Source of the DNA: Candidatus Omnitrophota bacterium
GTDB taxonomy: Bacteria; Omnitrophota; Gorgyraeia; Zapsychrales; JANLHA01
Direction: 5' to 3'
NCBI GenBank assembly: GCA_963662715.1
Contig: OY759724.1
Location: forward strand, 1,650,001 to 1,682,000
DNA: 32,000 bases
Below the pieces are notes generated by a model. It was not told the DNA's origin, searched no databases, and saw nothing but the letters and a program-made list of their open reading frames with translations. The number at the start of each line of letters is the position of its first letter. Positions within the stretch are counted from its first letter, which is position 1. Below, piece after piece: positions 24,947 to 32,000 of this stretch. The position numbers and the translations under genes are program-made.

Positions 24947-26050
24947 CTGGCGCAAATCAGCATTAAAAATGTCAGTAAGATATATAAAGGCGGAGTCCGC
25001 GCCGTAGATAATGTGTCTCTTGGGGTGGAAAACAAAGAGTTCCTCGTTCTGGTCGGACCATCCGGCTGCGGGAAATCAACGACACTTCGCATGATCGCCG
25101 GTTTGGAAGAGATATCCGAAGGGAATATCTGGATCGGAGACCGGGTTGTCAATGATGTCCCGGCCAAGGACCGCAACATTGCGATGGTCTTTCAGAATTA
25201 CGCTCTTTATCCGCATATGACGGTATTCGAGAATATGGCGTTCGGCCTGAGGTTGCGGAAATATCCTAAGGCCGAAATTTCCCGCCGTGTTCATGAAGCG
25301 GCGGAAATCTTGGGTATCAAAAATTACCTGGACCGTAAGCCGCGGCAGTTGTCTGGCGGGGAAAGGCAGCGCGTCGCATTGGGACGCGCTATTGTCCGCA
25401 AGCCGGAAGTCTTTTTGTTCGATGAGCCTTTGAGCAACCTGGACGCCAAGATGAGAGTCCTCATGCGAACGGAAATTCATAAGCTGCGTATGCGTTTGCA
25501 GACGACATTTGTTTATGTGACGCATGACCAGACGGAAGCTATGACGTTGGGTGACCGTATTGCCGTTATGCGCGGCGGAAAGATTCAGCAGTGCGATGAT
25601 CCGATAACCATTTATGACCGGCCGGCGAACAAATTCGTCGCAAGTTTTATCGGTTCCCCTCCCATTAATCTTATGGAAGGGCGGATTATCAAAAATGACC
25701 GGAAGTATTATTTTGATGAGGGAAAAATCCGGGTTAAAATTGTCGAGGAAATGTTTAAGCCCATAGCTCCTTATCAGGGGAAAGATGTCATTCTCGGAAT
25801 ACGGGCGGAAGATATTTATGATAAACTTTTTGTTTCCGAGGCTTCTCCGGAAAACACGATTAAAGCCACGTGTGAAGTTGTAGAGCCTATGGGGTCCGAG
25901 GTTTATTTATACCTCAATACCGGGAAGAACACTTTCCTGGCCCGGGTGGGAGCTCATGACCGGCCGGAAGTCAATCGTGACATGGACCTTGTTTTTGATA
26001 TGAGTAAGGTGCACTTTTTTGATAAGGAAACTGAAGAGACAATTATTTAA
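24947..26050 (+). CDS. MalK/UgpC/MsmX-like sugar-type ABC transporter ATPase; orphan, with a non-canonical start
   Basis: Walker A GPSGCGKST, signature LSGGERQRVALGRA, Walker B VFLFDEPLSNLD, and a C-terminal regulatory/TOBE-like domain. The conserved N-terminal strand (AQISIKNVSKIYKGGVRAVDNVSL) lies upstream of the listed GTG 25013. Between the in-frame TGA at 24941-24943 and that block only ATT 24944 and CTG 24947 are available. GAGGG lies 7 nt upstream of the CTG. Confidence 0.88.
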   Translation: MAQISIKNVSKIYKGGVRAVDNVSLGVENKEFLVLVGPSGCGKSTTLRMIAGLEEISEGNIWIGDRVVNDVPAKDRNIAMVFQNYALYPHMTVFENMAFGLRLRKYPKAEISRRVHEAAEILGIKNYLDRKPRQLSGGERQRVALGRAIVRKPEVFLFDEPLSNLDAKMRVLMRTEIHKLRMRLQTTFVYVTHDQTEAMTLGDRIAVMRGGKIQQCDDPITIYDRPANKFVASFIGSPPINLMEGRIIKNDRKYYFDEGKIRVKIVEEMFKPIAPYQGKDVILGIRAEDIYDKLFVSEASPENTIKATCEVVEPMGSEVYLYLNTGKNTFLARVGAHDRPEVNRDMDLVFDMSKVHFFDKETEETII

Positions 26051-27314
26051 TCAAAGGCTTTCTTCTCTCGTCTTCCTCTCTCTATTGCTTGTAGGTTTTT
26101 TTCTCTATTCCTACCTATTTAATTCTATCTATTTTTATCTCATTGCCTCTGGAATACTGCTGAGCTTGTGTTACCTTGTTTATATTCATATTGATATCAC
26201 CAGGCAAAAGGCTGCTTTGGAACTGGAAAAGCAGGATTTGACGGAAAAGTCTAATATTATTGAAGTCGAAATGAACCAGGAATGGAAAAGCATCGAATCT
26301 TACTGCAAAAAGATCCTGAATTATTCCCAGTTAAAAGGCCTGACAGAAAAGTTGTGCACAAGTTTTACCCTGCAGGACACGTCCGCTGTCCTTTCTGCCG
26401 AAGTGAATAAATTTTTTGGCGATAAAGAAGTCACAGTTATTTTGTATTTGTTTCATTCCCGGACAGGCGAACTGGGGTTGTCTTCCTCCCAGAAGGGGGA
26501 AATGCGTATTAATATTGAAGCGAAAAACGGGGATATTTATGATCAATGGGTCGTTAAAACGATGAAACCCCTGCTCATTGAGGACAGCCGGACGGATTTC
26601 CGGTTTGACGTTGAGAAACTGGAACATGCACGCTCTAAAGCTGTCCGGTCTCTTATGAGCGTCCCGATTGCCTTAGACTCAAAAGCCATTGGTATTCTGA
26701 GAGTTGACAGTTCAAAGGAAGGGTATTTCTCCACGGAGGATATCCGTTTGTTGAATACCATTGCCGACCTGGGGGCCATGGCTATTGAAAATGCCCAATT
26801 GTATGAGCGCGTAGAGGATCTTGCTGTGCGGGACAGCCTGACCGGCTTGTTTTTAAGGAGACATTTTTTGGAGCGCGTTACCATGGAAATGGCCCATCAT
26901 CTCAAATACAACAAGCCTCTTTCTTTTCTTATGATTGATCTGGATGAGTTCAAGCAATACAATGACCGTTACGGACATCCTGCGGGAGACATTGTGCTGA
27001 AAACCATAGGGACTCTTTTGCAAAAGATATTCGATGACCCGCTGCATTGTATCTGCCGGTACGGGGGGGAGGAGTTCGCGGTTCTTCTCCCGGAATGTCC
27101 CAAGGCCAAGGCTTTAAGTTTTGCAGAGCAATTGCGTCAAAATATTGAGAAGCAGTCCATTGTTCTTCGCCGGGAGAAAACATTCGTTACCGTTTCTATC
27201 GGTGTCGCGACATTTCCGCAGGATGCTCAACTCAAAGAGGAACTGGTGGGCAAGGCGGATTTCGCCATGTATAAAGCAAAGGAAAGCGGGCGGAATCAGG
27301 TGTGCAGTGCATAA
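26019..27314 (+). CDS. Membrane-anchored GAF-GGDEF diguanylate cyclase (no I-site)
   Basis: Two N-terminal TM helices, a GAF-like domain (LRVDSSKEGYFSTEDIRLLNTIADLGAMAIENAQLY), then DSLTGL ... RYGGEEFAVLLP. The start is probably TTG 26019 (AAGGTG 8 nt upstream), which overlaps the ABC gene by 32 nt. There is no in-frame ATG before the TM helices. Confidence 0.85.
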   Translation: MIRKLKRQLFNQRLSSLVFLSLLLVGFFLYSYLFNSIYFYLIASGILLSLCYLVYIHIDITRQKAALELEKQDLTEKSNIIEVEMNQEWKSIESYCKKILNYSQLKGLTEKLCTSFTLQDTSAVLSAEVNKFFGDKEVTVILYLFHSRTGELGLSSSQKGEMRINIEAKNGDIYDQWVVKTMKPLLIEDSRTDFRFDVEKLEHARSKAVRSLMSVPIALDSKAIGILRVDSSKEGYFSTEDIRLLNTIADLGAMAIENAQLYERVEDLAVRDSLTGLFLRRHFLERVTMEMAHHLKYNKPLSFLMIDLDEFKQYNDRYGHPAGDIVLKTIGTLLQKIFDDPLHCICRYGGEEFAVLLPECPKAKALSFAEQLRQNIEKQSIVLRREKTFVTVSIGVATFPQDAQLKEELVGKADFAMYKAKESGRNQVCSA

Positions 27315-27347
27315 GACAGAAGCATACTATCAAGGGCGTGTTTTGTG

Positions 27348-28385
27348 ATGGAATTTACCAATATTGAACTTCTGGCCGGAGGCGGTTATTTTTCCTGTGT
27401 TTTGTGGATTTTGAATTCTATTCACAGGTCTTATATCCGGCAGTATGCCCGGGAAGCGAAGGATGCCAAGAGGTTGTTCCGGTCTTTGCAGCAGAAGAAA
27501 ATAGAAATCGATGAGGAAAAAGTGAATTTTGCGGAGGAGGCACAGGAAATATTCACGTTATACGACATGACGAAAGAAATCACGAAAAATTTCAGCGAAG
27601 AGGATTCTGTGCGTATTTTTAAAAGCAAATTGTCCGAGAGTGTTTATTGTGAGGACTGCCAGTTTATCCTCCCGGATACGGAGGAGGTAGAAGTATATGC
27701 TCATAAAAAAGGCTTTTCTGTGGTTCCGCTTATAGCCCAGAAACAAATATTAGGTTATTTGATCATTAAAGGGTGTTCTCCGGAAGACCTGGAAAAAGTC
27801 TCTATCTTGGCCCATCAGCTGGCCTTGGTGCTCCGCAGGGACCGTTTATATAAACAGGTTGAATCTTTAGCCATAACTGATAGCTTGACGGGAGTTTACA
27901 CTCGAAGATATATTATGGAACGTTTTAAGGATGAACTGGCCCGCGCCCGGACACAAAATATCCCGATATCATTTCTTATGGTAGACGTGGATTATTTTAA
28001 GCATTTTAACGATCAGTACGGTCATTTAACGGGAGACCAGATATTAAGAAAAGTTGCGCATCTCATACGGGAAAATATCCGGGAAATTGATATTATCGGT
28101 CGCTATGGGGGAGAAGAATTTTCTGTTGTTTTGCCTGATGCTGACGGCAGCGGAGCCCAATATGTGGCAGAACGTATGCGGTTGGCGGTTGCAAAATCGG
28201 TCGTAAAAGCATATGATACAAAGGTTCGATTAACAATAAGTATCGGGATATCATGCTTTCCTGCGGACGGAAAGCATCTGGCGGAGCTGATTGACAAGGC
28301 TGACTGGGCCTTGTATCGTGCCAAAAAGATGGGCCGAAATAAAGTGTGTGTCTTTGGCATTTATGATGAGGATGAAAAACATTGA
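27348..28385 (+). CDS. Membrane-anchored GGDEF diguanylate cyclase with a short GAF-like region (I-site present)
   Basis: DSLTGV ... REIDIIGRYGGEEFSVVLP, i.e. RxxD five residues before GGEEF. N-terminal hydrophobic segment. ATG 27348 is preferred to the adjacent GTG 27345. Confidence 0.85.
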   Translation: MEFTNIELLAGGGYFSCVLWILNSIHRSYIRQYAREAKDAKRLFRSLQQKKIEIDEEKVNFAEEAQEIFTLYDMTKEITKNFSEEDSVRIFKSKLSESVYCEDCQFILPDTEEVEVYAHKKGFSVVPLIAQKQILGYLIIKGCSPEDLEKVSILAHQLALVLRRDRLYKQVESLAITDSLTGVYTRRYIMERFKDELARARTQNIPISFLMVDVDYFKHFNDQYGHLTGDQILRKVAHLIRENIREIDIIGRYGGEEFSVVLPDADGSGAQYVAERMRLAVAKSVVKAYDTKVRLTISIGISCFPADGKHLAELIDKADWALYRAKKMGRNKVCVFGIYDEDEKH

Positions 28386-28573
28386 GATGTTGAGGAGCCG
28401 GAGCACAGCAGTATTCTGTCCTTCCTCTTTAAGTATGTCTTTTTAAAAGGTTTGAATAATATAGCAGAGTGATCCCCTGATCATATCTCACAGAGTTCCC
28501 TGCTTTTTCGTCTTGAATCCCCGGGGAAATTCAGGTAGAATGAAGGCAATTTTTATTAAATAAATATACTATT

Positions 28574-29521
28574 ATGAATAAGATTACTATTGGGATTGAT
28601 GTCGGTGGGACCAACACGAAATGCGGTCTGATTGACTTTAAAGGGCGCATCCTTGTCCGGAGCCGTTTTGAAACGAAAAAATATCTTTCTCAACGGAAGA
28701 AACTCGTTGATGCTATTGTAGAAGCCTCTTTAAGATTAATGGATCAATATCAAGGCCCCCTTAAAGACATTCAAGGTGTCGGTATCGGCCTCCCCGGCTT
28801 GATTGATACTCAGCAGGGCCTCGTTAAATTTCTTCCGAATATCCCTGGGTGGAAAAATGTTCCTTTGAAAAAGATACTGGAACAACGTTTGGGCCTCAGG
28901 ACCGCTGTTGAGAATGATGTCAACCTCATTACGCTCGGAGAATGGAAATTTGGGGCCGGCCGGGGTTTTAAAAATATTATTTGCGTTACCTTGGGGACCG
29001 GTGTCGGAGGAGGTCTTATTCTGGATGACCGTCTTTACCGCGGAGAGGGGTTTGCCGCGGGGGAAGTCGGGCATATGCCCCTTTTCCGCAAGGGGGCTCG
29101 CTGTAATTGCGGGGGAACAGGATGCCTGGAAAGGTCGGTAGGCAATAAATATCTTTTGCAGCGTGCCGTAAAATTATTCAGAGACAACATGATAACTTTG
29201 GAAGATGTTTTTGCCCGTGCCTCCCGGGGAGATCCTCGGGCATTACGATTTTGGGAAGAAGTATCCGAACTCATCGGAGACGGGCTGATAGGTGTCGTTA
29301 ACCTTCTGAACCCCAGACTTATTATTATCGGCGGCGGGGTTGCGAAAAGCCATCGCTTTATGTTTCAGACGATAACGAAAGTTATTAAATCCAGAGCCAT
29401 GATGGTTCAGGGGGCTATGTTTAAAATTAGAAAGGCAAGATTGGGGGATGATGCCGGTCTTGCGGGAGCGCGTGTTTTGGTTGACGAATTGAATCAAAAC
29501 CGTTTGAACGAGATGTCATGA
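28574..29521 (+). CDS. ROK-family sugar kinase (glucokinase-like)
   Basis: IGIDVGGTNTK ATP-binding start, and the ROK zinc motif GHMPL...CNCGGTGCLE. Confidence 0.88.
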   Translation: MNKITIGIDVGGTNTKCGLIDFKGRILVRSRFETKKYLSQRKKLVDAIVEASLRLMDQYQGPLKDIQGVGIGLPGLIDTQQGLVKFLPNIPGWKNVPLKKILEQRLGLRTAVENDVNLITLGEWKFGAGRGFKNIICVTLGTGVGGGLILDDRLYRGEGFAAGEVGHMPLFRKGARCNCGGTGCLERSVGNKYLLQRAVKLFRDNMITLEDVFARASRGDPRALRFWEEVSELIGDGLIGVVNLLNPRLIIIGGGVAKSHRFMFQTITKVIKSRAMMVQGAMFKIRKARLGDDAGLAGARVLVDELNQNRLNEMS

Positions 29522-31662
29522 ACAGGAGAATCTATAAAAAAAAATTTCTATGGAGCACCTTCCTGATCCCCTGGGCCTGTCTGGGAGTGACGTGCTGGTT
29601 CAGTCTATCCCTTTTGATGTCTGCGGGAGCGCAAGAGGACGTCGCCCCGGTGGAAATTAACGGCGATCAGGTTGAGTACCTCATCAATGAAAACAAGGTC
29701 ATTGCCCAGGGGCAGGTGTCCGTTAAGAAAGAGAACGTTACGTTATTGTGTGACAAAATGGAATTTTCCAACCAATCCAATATGGCTTTGGCTGAGGGGA
29801 ATGTCGTTCTCATTCAAGGGGATCAGCGGCTCACGGGGGATAAACTGGAGTTTAATTTTTTCACGATGAAAGGCCACTTTCTGGATACGGCTATGATGGC
29901 CAAACCTTTTTTCGGAGCCGGGGAGAAAGTGTCTAAGATCGGAGATGATCATATGGTTCTTGACCGGGGGTTTATCACAACCTGCGATCATGACAAGCCG
30001 CACTTTCGTTTTGTGGCTAAGAGGGTTGATATTTATCCGGGAGACAAAGCCGTGGCCCGGAACGTAAAACTGAAAATAGGCGAAGTGCCTATTTTGTATA
30101 TTCCAAAATATACCCAGGATTTGACGGGAAAAGAGCCGGCGTTTCTGATAACCCCGGGATATGACAATGACTGGGGGGCTTTTTTCCTGACCCGCTGGCG
30201 GTATGAACTTGTTCCGGAGGTTAAAGGGACTGTTCATCTGGATTACCGGCAGAAAAAGGATTTGGCCTGGGGGATTGATACAGATTATGATACAAAGCGT
30301 TTCGGGTACGGTCTCATCCGTACTTACTATATGAATGAGCGGGATGTTTCGGCAGACCATTTTTTTGATGAACGGACACCCCCGACAGTTGAACAGGAAA
30401 GATTCAAGGTCGAATGGCGGCACAAGTGGAAAATTTCTGACGACACGGACGCGATTCTGCAGTATTACAAGCTTAGCGACAGCAATTTTCTTAAAGATTA
30501 TTTTGAGCGGGAACACGAACAATCGTCCTCTCCGCCCACGTATTTTTTGCTGACCAGAAACCTTCCGGTCGGGACTTTGAGCTTTCAGACCGACGCGCGT
30601 GTTAACCGTTTTGTCAGCACGGTCGAGCGTTTGCCGGAAATAAGCTATGACCTGCCCAGCAGGAGGATTGCCGACACGGGATTTTATTTTAAGGATACGG
30701 CCACATATTCTAATTTGAGCCTGAAACCGGCCAGCCCCTCGGACAGTTCGGCCAAAACGATGAGGGTGGACACGGATCATGAATTGTCTTATCCATTGAA
30801 GGTCGGGTTTGTTGAGATGAAGCCGTTTGCCGGGGGAAAGCACACCTATTATAGCCGGACGATCGATCCGGACAATTATCATTCCATCCGCGGCATTTTC
30901 CGTACGGGAGCTGATTTAAGCACCAAGTTTTATAAGATATATGATACCCACACGGACCGGTGGGGCCTGAATATCAACCGCCTGCGCCATGTCGTGACGC
31001 CGTCTATCTCCTATCTGTACCGCCATGATCCCACGGTCGACAACGAGGAGCTCAACCAGTTTGATGCTATTGATTCGCAAAACAGAGCCCACTCTATTAA
31101 TTTTAACCTGGAGAACAAGTTGCAGACCAAGCGGGACGGGAACAGTGTTGATGTCGCCCGTATTATCCTTGGGTCGGCTTTTTTATTAAAAGAAGATCCT
31201 GGGAAGGGGGGATTCAACAACGTCTCCGGGGATTTTGAAGTGCATCCTTATGACTGGTGGTCGCTTCACTTTGACACCAATTACGATACGATAGATGAGC
31301 ATTTGAGCACGGCTAACGTTGACCTGTACATCAATGAGGTAAGCGACAGGTGGTACGGCCGGTTTGGTAAAAGATATAACCGGGAGGTGGACGATCAAAT
31401 CACCACGGAAATGGGATACCGGTTGAACCAAAAATGGAGTTTTAATGTTTATCAACGGTATGATATCGATTCCGGGACGTTAAAAGAACAGCAATACGGT
31501 TTTAAACGGGATCTGCACGCATGGACCATGGACCTGACATTTAACCAGACGCGGGGGGAGGGCAGCGAAGTATGGGTCGTCATGACGATGAAGTCCTTCC
31601 CGGATATAGGATTTGACTTCGGGACGAGTTTTAACCGGAGGAAAGCAGGTTCGCAGAATTAA
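29518..31662 (+). CDS. lptD: LPS-assembly outer-membrane protein LptD (OstA family)
   Basis: Signal peptide, then an OstA-like N-domain (INGDQVEYLINENKVIAQGQVSVKKENVTLLCDKMEF ... LAEGNVVLIQGDQRLTGDKLEFN). A long Tyr/Asp/Arg-rich beta-barrel-like region follows. The start overlaps the ROK stop (ATGA). Confidence 0.8.
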   Translation: MNRRIYKKKFLWSTFLIPWACLGVTCWFSLSLLMSAGAQEDVAPVEINGDQVEYLINENKVIAQGQVSVKKENVTLLCDKMEFSNQSNMALAEGNVVLIQGDQRLTGDKLEFNFFTMKGHFLDTAMMAKPFFGAGEKVSKIGDDHMVLDRGFITTCDHDKPHFRFVAKRVDIYPGDKAVARNVKLKIGEVPILYIPKYTQDLTGKEPAFLITPGYDNDWGAFFLTRWRYELVPEVKGTVHLDYRQKKDLAWGIDTDYDTKRFGYGLIRTYYMNERDVSADHFFDERTPPTVEQERFKVEWRHKWKISDDTDAILQYYKLSDSNFLKDYFEREHEQSSSPPTYFLLTRNLPVGTLSFQTDARVNRFVSTVERLPEISYDLPSRRIADTGFYFKDTATYSNLSLKPASPSDSSAKTMRVDTDHELSYPLKVGFVEMKPFAGGKHTYYSRTIDPDNYHSIRGIFRTGADLSTKFYKIYDTHTDRWGLNINRLRHVVTPSISYLYRHDPTVDNEELNQFDAIDSQNRAHSINFNLENKLQTKRDGNSVDVARIILGSAFLLKEDPGKGGFNNVSGDFEVHPYDWWSLHFDTNYDTIDEHLSTANVDLYINEVSDRWYGRFGKRYNREVDDQITTEMGYRLNQKWSFNVYQRYDIDSGTLKEQQYGFKRDLHAWTMDLTFNQTRGEGSEVWVVMTMKSFPDIGFDFGTSFNRRKAGSQN

Positions 31663-31701
31663 AAAGGAGAAAATAAGGAAGAAACAACAAAAGGATGTCG
31701 C

Positions 31702-32000
31702 ATGAAAATTTCAATTATCGGATGTGGTTATGTGGGTTTGGTTACGGGGGTGTGTCTAGCATCCATAGGACATCATGTCCTTTGCATTGATAATGATTTG
31801 GAAAAAATCAAAAAACTGAGGTCCGGGAAAGTTACGATTTATGAACCCGGTCTGCAAGAATTGATGAAGAACGCTATCAAGAAAAAGTATTTGAGTTTCA
31901 GCAGTTCAGTGCGGGAAGCAACAAGAAAGACCGACGTTATTTTTATCGCTGTCGGGACGCCTTCCAAGAAAAACGGAGAGGCGGATTTGACCTATGTGGA
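31702..32000 (+). CDS. ugd: UDP-glucose 6-dehydrogenase-like nucleotide-sugar dehydrogenase (3' end beyond the window)
   Basis: MKISIIGCGYVGLVTGVCLASIGHHVLCIDND ... IYEPGL ... DVIFIAVGTP is the Rossmann N-domain typical of this family. The ORF is absent from the ORF track because it runs off the window. Confidence 0.75.
   Translation, partial: MKISIIGCGYVGLVTGVCLASIGHHVLCIDNDLEKIKKLRSGKVTIYEPGLQELMKNAIKKKYLSFSSSVREATRKTDVIFIAVGTPSKKNGEADLTYV

Noticed and set aside
25013-25015. GTG 25013 as the start of the ABC ATPase (as listed in the ORF track)
   Set aside because: It would delete the conserved N-terminal beta-strand, which is plainly encoded in frame upstream, and would leave only about 14 residues before Walker A.
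26056-26150. A long polypyrimidine (C/T-rich) tract on the + strand
   Set aside because: It is explained by Leu/Phe/Ser/Tyr-rich codons of the two N-terminal TM helices of the first diguanylate cyclase.
29743-30882. A 379-aa ORF on the minus strand inside lptD
   Set aside because: It is entirely antisense to a gene with clear OstA/LptD features. Its translation is Arg/Ile/Pro-rich and low in information, with no motif and no Shine-Dalgarno. This is a typical shadow ORF.
1-32000. Looked for tRNA/rRNA genes, CRISPR repeats, IS elements, integrases, and toxin-antitoxin or defence genes
   Set aside because: None could be supported. The intergenic spacers are short. They contain no T-loop-like GTTCGAATC motifs or regularly spaced direct repeats, and no ORF shows transposase or recombinase motifs.

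Overview
A tightly packed chromosomal segment, mid-40s % GC by eye (not computed). It comes from a diderm bacterium (LptD and a TPR/SPOR envelope protein are present); I cannot name the lineage from sequence alone. All ~29 supportable genes lie on the + strand, and the long minus-strand ORFs look like antisense shadows. I saw no tRNA, rRNA, CRISPR array, transposase or integrase.

Content by region:
(i) 1-8931, an accessory-looking membrane cluster. It holds a polytopic membrane protein, a cobalamin-type radical SAM enzyme and a 69-aa 2-TM protein. Next come a disrupted DUF4419-like lipoprotein gene and an HExxH membrane protease. The cluster ends with a translationally coupled trio: a PrsW-family protease, a minimal exosortase-like protein, and a 1008-aa polytopic VIT-like protein ending in a PEP-CTERM-type sorting signal.
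(ii) 8982-11970: housekeeping genes (TPR/SPOR protein, miaA, hflX).
(iii) Two heat-shock units. One is a MerR/HspR-like gene with hsp20 and clpB, and the other is hrcA-grpE-dnaK-dnaJ plus an FmdB-type zinc-ribbon gene. Each carries a CIRCE-type inverted repeat. Between them lie a GC-rich structured island in a very AT-rich spacer, a hypothetical gene and a DUF502 gene.
(iv) 22727-32000: DUF1015, accD, an orphan MalK/UgpC-like ABC ATPase with no canonical start codon, two tandem GAF-GGDEF diguanylate cyclases, a ROK kinase overlapping lptD, and the 5' end of a nucleotide-sugar dehydrogenase.

The best candidate for an undescribed system is the PrsW / exosortase / giant-substrate module at 4768-8931, together with the HExxH protease gene just upstream. 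All family assignments are motif recognition by eye, not database searches.
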